Made by a program: the position numbers and the translations under genes. DNA of 64,000 nt from Terrimicrobiaceae bacterium (GTDB taxonomy: Bacteria; Verrucomicrobiota; Verrucomicrobiia; Chthoniobacterales; Terrimicrobiaceae): NCBI GenBank assembly GCA_041752695.1, contig JBGSVZ010000085.1:32001-96000 (forward strand). The letters run 5' to 3'. The notes beneath the pieces were generated by a model. It did not search any database. It saw only the letters and a list, made by a program, of their open reading frames with translations, and was not told where the DNA came from. Shown here piece by piece: positions 42,326-52,379 of this stretch (position 1 is the stretch's first letter; the number at the start of each line of letters is the position of its first letter).

Positions 42326-42702
42326 TTCGCGATCAGCTCGCGATAGCCGGCGGCGTCCTTCAAAGCGGAAAGTTCGGAGGCATCGGAAAGACGCACCTTG
42401 TAGATCCAGCCGGCGCCGAAGGGGTCTGTGTTGAGCAGCGCAGGATTGTCCGCCAGCGCGTCGTTGGACTCCACGATCTGCCCGGAGACCGGGGAATAAA
42501 TGTCACTCGCCGCCTTGACCGATTCCACCACGGCAGCGGCACACTTGGCGACCACTTCCGCTCCGACCTTGGGCGGTTCGGCAAAAACAATGTCGGTCAA
42601 TTCCGCCTGGGCGTGATCCGTGATTCCCACCGTGCCCACGTCGCCCTCGACGCGGATCCATTCGTGAGAGTCGGCATACTTCAAATCGTCGGGAACATTC
42701 AT
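42322..42702 (-). CDS. gcvH: Glycine cleavage H protein
   Basis: [12 protein letters not shown]; lipoyl site VESVKAASD. Confidence 0.97.
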   Translation of the reverse strand: MNVPDDLKYADSHEWIRVEGDVGTVGITDHAQAELTDIVFAEPPKVGAEVVAKCAAAVVESVKAASDIYSPVSGQIVESNDALADNPALLNTDPFGAGWIYKVRLSDASELSALKDAAGYRELIAK

Positions 42703-43757
42703 GATTGGTAAAAAGGTTTTTTCACGACCACTGCGCGGTATCGGCGGTCACGGACTTCAATCTCCAAAGCCTGCCCAACCTTGGCAAGCGCGAACGGGAG
42801 GTAGGCCATCGCAATCCCGTAACCGAGACTGGGACTCAACGCCCCGCTGGAGGTTTCGGCGACTTTTTCCCCGTCGGCCACCACCGCATAATGCGGGCGG
42901 ATCGGAGGGGATTTTTCCTCGACCTTGATGGCAACCAGGCGATACGGGAGCCCCGCGGCTTTCTGGGCAAGGAGGGCGTCGCGGCCGACAAAATCGCCCT
43001 TCTCAAAATCGACAAAAAATCCCAGTCCCGCCTCCAGCGGCGTGCGGTCGGCGGCCAGATCCGAGCCGTTGAGGGGATAACACATTTCCAGCCGCAGCGT
43101 GTCGCGCGCCCCGAGTCCGCAGGGTTTTGCCCCGGCCGAAATCACTTCGTCCCAACAGCGTTCGGCATCGGCCGCGGGCACGACGAGTTCGAATCCGTCT
43201 TCGCCGGTATATCCGGTGGTGACCGCAAAAGCCTCGCCCAGGGTCAGCACGCGATTGCGGTCGACGGGCATCGCCTGACCGGTGATCTTGTGAAAAACCT
43301 CCGCGGCTTTCGGACCCTGCACGGCCAGCGCGGCGTAGTCCGCACTGCGGTTGAGGAACTCGACCCCTTCGACCGCATGGGCCTGGAGCCAGGCGGCGTC
43401 TTCGTCGATCTTGGAGGCATTGACCACCAGGAGAAAGGAATCGTCCCCGAGGCGGTAAACAATCAGATCGTCGATCACTCCCCCTCGCTCGTTGAGCATG
43501 AGGGAATATTGCGCCTCGCCGACGGCCAGTCGGGCCACGCGGTTGGTGAGAAGAGAGTCGAGCCAGTCTGAGGCCTTCGCCCCGCGCACGAAAAATTCTC
43601 CCATGTGGGAAATATCAAAAACGCCGCAGCTTTCCCGCACCTCGCGGTGTTCGTCGAGAATGCCGGTATATTGCACGGGCATTTCCCATCCGGCGAAATC
43701 GACCAGGCGTCCGCCGGCGGCAATATGTCGGTCGAAAAGGGGCGTACGCTGGCTCAT
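42699..43757 (-). CDS. gcvT: Glycine cleavage T protein (aminomethyltransferase)
   Basis: FAGWEMPVQY; FDISHMGE; TGYTGEDGFE; GLGARDTLRLE. Confidence 0.97.
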   Translation of the reverse strand: MSQRTPLFDRHIAAGGRLVDFAGWEMPVQYTGILDEHREVRESCGVFDISHMGEFFVRGAKASDWLDSLLTNRVARLAVGEAQYSLMLNERGGVIDDLIVYRLGDDSFLLVVNASKIDEDAAWLQAHAVEGVEFLNRSADYAALAVQGPKAAEVFHKITGQAMPVDRNRVLTLGEAFAVTTGYTGEDGFELVVPAADAERCWDEVISAGAKPCGLGARDTLRLEMCYPLNGSDLAADRTPLEAGLGFFVDFEKGDFVGRDALLAQKAAGLPYRLVAIKVEEKSPPIRPHYAVVADGEKVAETSSGALSPSLGYGIAMAYLPFALAKVGQALEIEVRDRRYRAVVVKKPFYQS

Positions 43758-45677
43758 TCTTTTTTCTGATCGTCGAAGTTCAGGTAGGTATACGCCTTGA
43801 GATCGTTTTCATACGCATCAAGAAGTCGCATGCCTTCCTTGGGCTTGAGGCGGTCGCTTTTGATGGCGGCGTCGATCTGCGTTTTCATCCGGCGGGCCAG
43901 TTCGTTGGTGTCCCACTGGGTGAGCGAAAGCACCTGGGCGATGGTGCTGCCGGGCAGGACCTCTTCGACGTAGTAGCCGCAATCCTCATCGTCATCGAGG
44001 TAGATATGCATCTCGTTCACCCGGCCGAAAAGATTGTGCATATCACCCATGATATCCTGGTAGGCACCCACCAGGAAAAATCCCATGTAATAAGGCGAGC
44101 CCGGCTGCCAGCGGTGCATGGGCAGCGTTTCCTTCACGTCCTGAAGGTCCACAAATTTCGCCACCTTGCCGTCGGAATCGCAGGTGATGTCGACCATCAT
44201 GGCATTGCGGTCGGGCTGTTCGTTCAGCCGGTGAATCGGCATGACGGGGAACAACTGTCCCAGCGCCCAATGGTCGAGCAGGGACTGGAAGACGGAAAAA
44301 TTGCAAAGAAACTGGTCGGCGAGCGCGACTTCCATTTCCTTCACTTCCTCAGGCACGTACCGCATGCCCTGGAACATGACGACCACCTGCTCGGCGATCT
44401 CCCAATAGACGGTATCGATGCGCGCCTTGGCGCGCAGGTCAAGCAGGCCAAGGTCAAACATGGCCTGCGAGCGCTCGCGGATTTCCTGCGCGTCGTGCAG
44501 GCTTTCCAAACGGTTCTTTTTGCCGATGTTTTCGGAAAGCTCCACGATGTCTTTGACGATCTGCGGTTCGTCCGGGGAAAGTTCCACCGGCGGACGCTCG
44601 GGGTGTTTTTCGATCGACCCAAAGGCCTCGACGATGAGCACGGAATGATGCGCGACAATGGCGCGACCGCTTTCACTCACGATGGTCGGATGCGGCACCT
44701 GTTCGGCGTCGCAGACCTCCATAATGCTGTACACGATGTCGCGGGCGTATTCGTTCAGCGAATAGTTCGTTGAACTGTCGAACGTCGTGCGCGAGCCGTC
44801 GTAATCGACCCCCAGCCCCCCCGCCGACGTCGATGTACCCGAGGGCATGGCCCATTTTCTGCAGCTTCGAATAAAACCGCGCGGCCTCCTTGGTGGCGCG
44901 TTTGATGGTGCCGATGTCGGGCACCTGGGAACCGACATGAAAATGCACCAACTTGAGGGCATGGGAGAGGCCGGATTTTGTCAGCAGATCACTGGCTTCC
45001 ACGAGCTCCGCGGTAGAAAGGCCGAACTTCGCATTCTCGCCCCCGCTGGTGGCCCATTTCCCCGCCCCCTTCGAGAGCAGACGCACGCGCAGGCCAATGT
45101 AGGGCTCAATCTGCAGGTCCTCGGCGACCTTGAGGATATGGGTGAGTTCTTCCAGCTTCTCGACCACGAGAATGACGGTCTTGCCAAGCTTGCGGCCGAG
45201 GAGCGCGGTGCGGATGAACGCGGTGTCCTTGTAACCATTGCAAATAATCAGGCTCTCCGGATCGGTGTGAACCGCCAGGGCCGCCATCATTTCCGGTTTA
45301 CTGCCCGCCTCGATGCCGAAATGCCACGGTTTGCCCGCATCAATGATCTCCTCCACCACCTCGCGAAGCTGATTCACCTTGATGGGAAACACGCCGCGGT
45401 AGGAATTGCGGTAGCCCATTTCCTCGATCGCGCTGGCGAAGGCCTTGTTGATCGTCTCCACGCGGTCGCGCAGCAAATCGTGGAACCGCACAGTGAGCGG
45501 GAATTCCAGATTCCGGTCCTGGGCCTCGCGCACAATATCCATCAGGTCGATCTTCTGAGAGTTCGATTGATTGGGCAGCACGGCGACATGCCCGCGCTTG
45601 TTGATCGTAAAATACCCGCCGCCCCAGCGGTCAACATTATAAAGGGCGATGGCGTCTTCTCTGCCGAAATCTGACAT
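43754..45677 (-). pseudogene. speA: Biosynthetic arginine decarboxylase split by a +1 frameshift in a G7 tract (real or sequencing error)
   Basis: N-terminal half (FPIKVNQ, EAGSKPE, HFHVGSQ, IDVGGG) in ORF 44673-45677; C-terminal half (LGVDYDG, ESGRA, ITCDSDG, GAYQ) in ORF 43754-44962. Frame switches at C7 44816-44822. Confidence 0.93.
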
Positions 45678-45818
45678 TGTCGGGCGGAATTAACAGCCCC
45701 CCGCCGGAAAATCCACCACGCATTTCGCCCATGGAGGATTTTTTTCACGAGGTATTGAAATCCGGCCGCCTGCATTCAGAATACCGCCCCTTATGGAGTC
45801 CGAAGGACCTGGTCGAAT

Positions 45819-47171
45819 ATGATGCTCTTGGAACTGGGATGGCAAATGCTTGTCATCCTGCTGCTAGTGGTTGGCAACGGCTTTTTTGTCGCCGCGGAAT
45901 TCGCCATCGTCAAAATCCGCGCCAGCCAGCTCAAGCCCCTGCTCAAAACCGGTGATTGGCGCGTCCCCATGGCCCTGCGCGCGGTCAACAACCTCGACGC
46001 CTGCCTCTCGGCCACCCAGCTCGGTATCACTCTCTGCAGCCTCGGTCTCGGCTGGCTGGGCGAACCCTTCCTTGCCCACTGGCTGGAACCCATCCTGCAG
46101 AACTGGGGGGTGGAAAGCGAACGCCTCCGCCACTCGATCACCTTTGGCCTGGCGTTTTCGGTCATCACCTTCCTGCACATTGTTTTCGGCGAACTCGCCC
46201 CGAAATCCCTCGCCATCCAGCGTCCGCGCGGGGTTTCACTCTGGGTTTCAGCCCCGCTGCTGGTGTTCTATTTTGTCTTTTTTCCCTTCATTTACGTCCT
46301 CAACGGCACGGCCAATTTTTTCCTGCGTCTGGCCGGCCTGGAACCCGCCTCCGAAAGCGAACACGTATTTTCCCAGGAGGAATTGGAATACGTCCTTAGT
46401 CGCGCCCGCCATGTCCATCGCAGTGACGCCCTGATCAACAAAATCATGGTCCGCTCCCTGCGTTTGCGCGACGTCACGGCCCAGCAGGTCATGCTGCCCC
46501 GCGATACCGTCGCCGCGCTCTGGGCCGACCGCAGCGTGGCCGAGAATCTTAAACTCGCCCAAAGCAGTGGCCACAGCCGCTTTCCGGTTTGCGAGGGTTC
46601 GCTCGACAACGTGCTCGGCATGGTGCTCGTCAAAGAATGGCTCTGGCAGGTGCAGGCGCTTGGGCCGGACTGCTCGTTTCAACCCATCATCCGCCCCGTA
46701 CTTACCTTCCTCCTAAAAACCCCGCTGGCTTCGATGATCGAGCTTTTCCGCTCCTCCCGCAGCCATCTCGCCGTCGTGCTCGACGACAACGGCGCCCTCG
46801 CCGGCATCCTCACCCTTGAGGACGTGCTGGAGGAAATCGTCGGCGAGATCCGCGATGAACTGGACATCGAAAAAGGGCCAATCTTCGAACACACGGAAAA
46901 TTCCATCCTGGTGGACGCCAGCCTCTCCGTGCGCGAACTCCGCACCGAGACCGGCTGGAATTTTGAATATCAGCCCAAGGAAACGATCGACCGCTGGGTG
47001 CAGCGCAATGCCGAGGCCCTCCCCGCCCAGGGCGAGACCATCCGCATCGGCGAGTATACCGTGACCATCGCCCAGCGCCACGCCCATGGACTGCGCCGCG
47101 TCCGCATCACTCTCCTCTCCCCCGAAGAACTCGAAGCCCTCGAGGCTGAAGAGGAAGAGAAGGAGGAATAA
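45819..47171 (+). CDS. HlyC/CorC (CNNM + CBS) family membrane protein
   Basis: NGFFVAAEFAIV; QLGIT; HIVFGELAPK; SGHSRFPV; TLEDVLEEIVGEI. Confidence 0.92.
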   Translation: MMLLELGWQMLVILLLVVGNGFFVAAEFAIVKIRASQLKPLLKTGDWRVPMALRAVNNLDACLSATQLGITLCSLGLGWLGEPFLAHWLEPILQNWGVESERLRHSITFGLAFSVITFLHIVFGELAPKSLAIQRPRGVSLWVSAPLLVFYFVFFPFIYVLNGTANFFLRLAGLEPASESEHVFSQEELEYVLSRARHVHRSDALINKIMVRSLRLRDVTAQQVMLPRDTVAALWADRSVAENLKLAQSSGHSRFPVCEGSLDNVLGMVLVKEWLWQVQALGPDCSFQPIIRPVLTFLLKTPLASMIELFRSSRSHLAVVLDDNGALAGILTLEDVLEEIVGEIRDELDIEKGPIFEHTENSILVDASLSVRELRTETGWNFEYQPKETIDRWVQRNAEALPAQGETIRIGEYTVTIAQRHAHGLRRVRITLLSPEELEALEAEEEEKEE

Positions 47172-47310
47172 ATATCTGGGCTGTTGCCCGGGGGGGCGAA
47201 GTTTCTCCTCACCGTCGATTCGTCGACTTTTTTGCCGTTTCATCGAGTTTGAGACATCCGAGCGATGCGGCATGGTAGTCTCCGGCTCTGCTGCCAACGC
47301 CTTCCATACG

Positions 47311-49515
47311 ATGATCAAGCTCCTCGCAGGCTTTTGTCTGGCTCTGTCGCCATGGGCGCTCGCCTCCCCGGAATCGACGCTCTCGTTGACCATCGAAGCC
47401 CTTCCCTCCCAGCAAGCCGTGCTCGTCAGCTGGCCGACAACGATCGGCGTGTTGTATCAACCCCAGTCCACCTCCGATCTGGCCTCCGGAGAATGGACGG
47501 ATCTGACCCCGGTCTTGGGCGATGGAACACCCAAATCCGTTCAAGTGCCCATCGCGGGCAACGCGACCTATGTCCGCGTCAAATACGGCGGGACGGAAAC
47601 CGCCGTGACGCCGCTCTTCGATGCCTCCACGGTGCGTGAGCCCGACATCAAAGTGGAAACATCGTCCGCCCTGATCACCCATCTGGCTGATCGCGCGCGG
47701 GACCGGCATGCCCGCGAAGACATCGTTGGCGGGGTGATTTTTCGGAAATACGATCACTACCTCACCTGGTATTGGGAACAACGGGTGGCTAATATTGAGA
47801 TCATCGATCGGATCGCCAAAGGGGGATCGACCATTACCTTCAACTACACGACCCAGGCCGCGTTGAATCCGGCGGAGTTCCGCGCCTTCTTTCGCGTGGA
47901 CTCGCCACTTTCCGGGTATCACCACAATGTCCAGGCGACTTTGGTTTCCACGCATCCTTCCATCCGCTACCCCGGCGAAACGGATTACAATTACACGACC
48001 ACACTTTCCACCCAGCAACCGGAAAATCGTCCCTTGCGTTTGGGTGACCGGATTGAGATTGAGATCAGCCAGTTTTTGCTGGGATCCACCTTGCGCAATG
48101 GCCGTGAAAATTATTATGGCACCACCTTTCTCTACATGGTCGGGGAAGGAGTGGTGCCGTGGTATGCCAAAATCCGCGAGGAATTAACGGATCCCGTTGC
48201 ACGAGCGGCCGCTTCGTTTGATTCGTCTCCTTTGCCGCGGACAGCCTGGCTTGGAGGGCTCACCACCCTGCCCTATCAATACTCCAACGAACCACAGCAC
48301 CGCTTCAAACAAACGGCCGGCAACATCTCGCCGGAGAGCGGGCATCCCTTCATGCTGGGACGCAGATTGCATAACACGGATTTCCGCACCGGCGGCCACG
48401 TCGAACCGGGCAATCCGGTGATGCCCGAGCATGCCGGCAAAGTCGGTCCGAAGTATGTGGCGCAGAGTTGTGTGAGCTGTCATGGGAACAACGGCCGCGC
48501 CCTCCCGCCGAACGTCGGGGAAACTTTGCTAAGATCCGTGGTCAAGGTGGGCATTGATCCTAACGGCACACCGCATCCCACCCTCGGCGAAGAATTGCAG
48601 CCCTTCGCCACCAGCGGTCTGGCCGAAGGGACCGCCGTCCTTTCCAGTTACGAATATACCTCCGGCACGTATGCCGACGGCACCGTGTATTCCCTGCGAA
48701 AACCTCGTTATGGGTTTCAAGGAACGACGCCCCCGTACTTTTCCGTCCGCATGGCCCCGGCCCTGGTCGGACTGGGTTTGCTGGAAGCGATTCCGGAAGC
48801 CTCGATTCAAACCCTGGCCGATCCCAATGATACAGACGGGGACGGCATTTCCGGGCGAATCGCTAGCATCGAGGATCCGACGGACCCAAACATCCGGCGT
48901 CTCGGGCGATTTGGATACAAAGGGTCGCAGGCCATGGTGAACCACCAGATCGCCTATGCCCTCAACCGGGACATGGGCGTAAGCAGCGCGCTTTTCCCCA
49001 CCCTGGATGGCGACAGCTCTTCCCAAGCACCAGAAGTTACGCAGACGGAATTGGCACAGATGAATCGTTATGTCAGCTTGCTTGGGGTCGGGGCGAAACG
49101 CGACTTGACCGATCCGGACGTGGTGCGCGGCGAGGCGCTCTTCGAGACGGCGTCCTGTGTGAAATGTCACACGCCCACGCTCCAGACCGGTCCGCATCAC
49201 CCTTTCGGCGAACTTCGCAACCAAACCATCCGGCCCTACACGGATCTGTTGCTGCACGATCTGGGGCCGGGTCTGGCCGACACCATGGGCGAAGAGGGGG
49301 TTTCCGGCGCGGAATGGCGCACCGCACCGCTCTGGAACATCGGCCTCACCGCCGGAGTCAGCGGCGGGGAAGCCTACCTGCACGACGGACGCGCCCGCAC
49401 TTTGGAAGAGGCAATCCTCTGGCACGGCGGTGAAGCGGAGCAAGCGAAGGAAAACTTCCGGACCATGCCCGCCGCCGACCGCGCGGCCATTGTTAAATTC
49501 CTCAAGGCGCTCTGA
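47311..49515 (+). CDS. Secreted di-heme oxidoreductase family protein (DUF1111)
   Basis: Signal peptide; CVSCH and CVKCH heme motifs; GLGLLEAIP; YTDLLLHDLG; WRTAPLW; LHDGRARTLEEAILWHGGE. Confidence 0.9.
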   Translation: MIKLLAGFCLALSPWALASPESTLSLTIEALPSQQAVLVSWPTTIGVLYQPQSTSDLASGEWTDLTPVLGDGTPKSVQVPIAGNATYVRVKYGGTETAVTPLFDASTVREPDIKVETSSALITHLADRARDRHAREDIVGGVIFRKYDHYLTWYWEQRVANIEIIDRIAKGGSTITFNYTTQAALNPAEFRAFFRVDSPLSGYHHNVQATLVSTHPSIRYPGETDYNYTTTLSTQQPENRPLRLGDRIEIEISQFLLGSTLRNGRENYYGTTFLYMVGEGVVPWYAKIREELTDPVARAAASFDSSPLPRTAWLGGLTTLPYQYSNEPQHRFKQTAGNISPESGHPFMLGRRLHNTDFRTGGHVEPGNPVMPEHAGKVGPKYVAQSCVSCHGNNGRALPPNVGETLLRSVVKVGIDPNGTPHPTLGEELQPFATSGLAEGTAVLSSYEYTSGTYADGTVYSLRKPRYGFQGTTPPYFSVRMAPALVGLGLLEAIPEASIQTLADPNDTDGDGISGRIASIEDPTDPNIRRLGRFGYKGSQAMVNHQIAYALNRDMGVSSALFPTLDGDSSSQAPEVTQTELAQMNRYVSLLGVGAKRDLTDPDVVRGEALFETASCVKCHTPTLQTGPHHPFGELRNQTIRPYTDLLLHDLGPGLADTMGEEGVSGAEWRTAPLWNIGLTAGVSGGEAYLHDGRARTLEEAILWHGGEAEQAKENFRTMPAADRAAIVKFLKAL

Positions 49516-49533
49516 ACCGGAAAAATACCGAAG

Positions 49534-49567
49534 AATTTAACCGCGGATTGCGCAGATGGGCGCGGAT
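49534..49567 (+). repeat. Family C 9-bp-periodic repeat arm
   Basis: AATTTAACCGCGGATTGCGCAGATGGGCGCGGAT. Confidence 0.7.
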
Positions 49568-49593
49568 AAAGGCAGAGGCAAGAATGCTTTGAT

Positions 49594-49691
49594 GGAGGGC
49601 GGCAGGCTCTTGCCGCCCGGGTTGCGTGAACCCGAGCGCATGCGAAGTGCTGAGTCCCGCGCATGCGGTACGAATCAACCCGCAACCCTCC
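49594..49691. repeat. GGAG-REP doublet (diverged)
   Basis: GGAGGGCGGCAGGCTCTTGCCGCCC and an inverse arm ending CGCAACCCTCC. Confidence 0.6.
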
Positions 49692-49713
49692 AGATTGCGA
49701 GTTTTCGGACGGC

Positions 49714-49920
49714 CTACTTCTTACTCCCTGCTTTTCTGTAAACACCGACGGACCGGTCTCCGCTCGCCGTCCTGGCTGATGAAGAATTTTCCGCCACGCC
49801 GACGGAGCTGCCAAAAATATCGTCGTAGTCGCAGCGCAGGGCCTTGAGGATCTGCTGCACCGCGCGAAGGGTGGCGCTTTGCTGGCCATTCTCGATGCGG
49901 TGCAGCGTCGACTCGCCCAG
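49714..49920 (-). pseudogene. 5'-truncated XRE-family HTH regulator fragment
   Basis: LGESTLHRIENGQQSATLRAVQQILKALRCDYDDIF...stop. In-frame TAA three codons upstream, and no start codon for the HTH. Confidence 0.6.
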
Positions 49921-50188
49921 GAGCCTTTACAAGTTCGCTTTGATGCCGCGACGGCGACCTTTAAAGGTCTCGACTGGAGTTTCTCTTGGACGCAATTGAT
50001 GTTCCGACCGGAGGAGTGCATGGAAAAGTTTGGCGTTCCATCCACTCTGAGTGGAGGACCACGATAGAGCGAAGCGACCGGAGCAAGCCCCCCATTTCGC
50101 GGTAAAAGAACTTTTGTTCCGCAAATATCGAGATCGAACATGCCAGGCCGGCGTTTGCATGCGCTCGCAGGATATGGTAACCGGGGGC

Positions 50189-52315
50189 ATGTTCCGTTGG
50201 CTTTTGCTACCCCTTCTTGTCCTGACCGTCCACGCGCAGGAATACGAGGGCAAGACGTTGGTCAAACCCTCCCTCTTGGCCAACACTTCGGCCATCGTGC
50301 CGGGCAAACCCTTCGAGGTCGGCGTTCTACTGGAAATGTCCCCTGGCTGGCACACCTACTGGGAATACGGCGGCGACGCCGGTTTTCCCACGACGATCGC
50401 CTGGACGCTGCCGGAGGGGTTTGCGGCCGGCCCCATCCAATGGCCCCTGCCCAAGCGGATCCTGGAGCCCGGCGACATCGAGGTCTATGCCTACAAGGGG
50501 AAGGTCCTGCTCCTCACCACCATCGTGGCGCCCGCGGATCTCGCTGAGAAATCGATCACCCTCCGGGCCAAGGCCGACTGGCTCGTTTGCGAGGCCATCT
50601 GCGTGCCAGGCTCCGCCGAGCTGGAACTCACCTTCCCCGTCGCCCCATCGGCCACTCCTGCGAACGAGGAACTTTTCACCACGTTCCGCGCCCAACTTCC
50701 CAGCACCGAACCGCCGCCGTTCGGCGTCGCTTGGAAAGCTGGCCCCGCACAATCCACGCTCAACCTCACGGGTCTCGCAGATGTCACCGCCGTGGACCTT
50801 TTTCCCCTGCCCGCCGAGGGTCAGCAAGTCGGACACCCCGGCAGCGGCGCCCCCTCCCCCGGCGCGACTCCGGCGGTAGCGTCCGCCGCCGGCACCGTCA
50901 TGCCCGGCATCCCGGTCTCCGCCAACGGCGCAGCCTCCATCACCATCCCTGCGGAAGGCGAAATTCGGGGCGTCCTCGTCGCCGACACCGCCGAGGGCCG
51001 CAAAGGGTGGTTCGTTTCTTCCGGCGGCCCCGCTCCTTCGAGCCAATCAACAATCAAAAATCAACAATCAACAATTCCCCTCTGGAAAGCCCTGCTCTTC
51101 GGTTTCCTCGGCGGCCTTATTCTCAACCTGATGCCCTGCGTGCTGCCGGTGATTTCGCTGAAAATATTCGGCTTCATCCGGCAGGCAGGGGATCGGCCTG
51201 AAAAGATCCTGCGGCACGGACTGGCCTTCGTCGGGGGGGTCTTCGCGTTTTTTCTGGGGCTGGCCCTGGTGATCATTGCGTTGAAGGCAGGCGGCAGCGA
51301 GGTGACCTGGGCGTTCCAATTTCAAAATCCATGGTTCAACGTCGTGCTGGGCAGCCTGGTCTTTGCCTTCGCGCTGAATCTTTTTGGCGTCTTTGAAATT
51401 GTCCTGCCCGGCCAGGCTTCGAACGCGCTTTCGGAGGCGTCTTCGAAAGAGGGGTACGTCGGCTCGTTTTCCCAAGGCGTCTTCGCGACGCTCCTGGCCA
51501 CCCCCTGCACGGCACCATTTTTAGGAACGGCCCTGGGTTTTGCTTTCAGTCAGTCGGCGGCGATCATTCTGCTCATCTTCGCTTCCGTGGCCCTGGGAAT
51601 GAGCGCGCCGTATTTCCTCCTTTCCGCGCAGCCGGGCTGGATGAAGATCCTGCCCAAGCCCGGGGCTTGGATGGAGCGGCTCAAACAATTCATGGGGTTC
51701 CCGCTGATCGCGACGCTGCTCTGGATGCTTTATATTCTCGGCAATCAAAAGGGGCTCGAGGGCGTGTTGTGGTTCGGGTGTTTCCTGCTTTGTGTGGCTC
51801 TGGCCTGCTGGATTTACGGCGCGTTCTGCGGTCCGATTTCCAAACCGGCGACACGGGCGGCCAGTCTGGCAATCGCCGCACTCGTGCTGGCGGGTGGCGG
51901 CGCGTATTTCCTGGGGGTAAAATTCACCGGTGCCCAACGCGCCACCGCGTCATCCGTCGAAACCGGAGGCATCGCGTGGGTGGACTTTTCGCAGAAGGCG
52001 CTCGACGAGCTGCTGGCCAGGGGGCAGCCGGTTTTTGTGGATTTCACGGCGGACTGGTGCCTTTCCTGCAAATACAACGAACGCACCGCCATCGACGTGC
52101 CGACTGTGCGCGAGGCCTTCCAGACGAAGGACATCGTCCCGATGAAAGCGGACTGGACCAATGCCAATCCCGAGATTACGGCGGTCTTGAAAAAATTCGG
52201 CCGCGTAGGAGTGCCTTTTTACGTGCTGTATCCGGCGAACGGCGGTGAACCCATCGTGCTACCGGAACTCCTGACCCAGCAGATCGTCTTGGACGCTCTG
52301 GCAAAGGCCCGGTGA
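50189..52315 (+). CDS. dsbD: Thiol:disulfide interchange protein, DsbD-like
   Basis: GWHTYW; WLVCEAICVP; LNLMPCVLP; ATPCTAP; DFTADWCLSCK. Confidence 0.9.
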   Translation: MFRWLLLPLLVLTVHAQEYEGKTLVKPSLLANTSAIVPGKPFEVGVLLEMSPGWHTYWEYGGDAGFPTTIAWTLPEGFAAGPIQWPLPKRILEPGDIEVYAYKGKVLLLTTIVAPADLAEKSITLRAKADWLVCEAICVPGSAELELTFPVAPSATPANEELFTTFRAQLPSTEPPPFGVAWKAGPAQSTLNLTGLADVTAVDLFPLPAEGQQVGHPGSGAPSPGATPAVASAAGTVMPGIPVSANGAASITIPAEGEIRGVLVADTAEGRKGWFVSSGGPAPSSQSTIKNQQSTIPLWKALLFGFLGGLILNLMPCVLPVISLKIFGFIRQAGDRPEKILRHGLAFVGGVFAFFLGLALVIIALKAGGSEVTWAFQFQNPWFNVVLGSLVFAFALNLFGVFEIVLPGQASNALSEASSKEGYVGSFSQGVFATLLATPCTAPFLGTALGFAFSQSAAIILLIFASVALGMSAPYFLLSAQPGWMKILPKPGAWMERLKQFMGFPLIATLLWMLYILGNQKGLEGVLWFGCFLLCVALACWIYGAFCGPISKPATRAASLAIAALVLAGGGAYFLGVKFTGAQRATASSVETGGIAWVDFSQKALDELLARGQPVFVDFTADWCLSCKYNERTAIDVPTVREAFQTKDIVPMKADWTNANPEITAVLKKFGRVGVPFYVLYPANGGEPIVLPELLTQQIVLDALAKAR
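51044..51076 (+). repeat. AT-rich heptamer array in-frame within dsbD
   Basis: CAATCAA CAATCAA AAATCAA CAATCAA CAATT, encoding QSTIKNQQSTI. Confidence 0.8.
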
Positions 52316-52379
52316 CGGTCCGGCAAACCAGACGAAAACCGATCTCTTTTTCCGCTTCCTTCCAGTCAACCCCTGACGG

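Noticed and set aside
39428..42346. Very long antisense ORFs (972 aa opposite gcvP; also 27451-29661, 16810-18810, 35350-37101, 13274-14893)
   Set aside because: Shadow frames of GC-rich genes with strong codon bias. They have no motifs and overlap well-supported genes.
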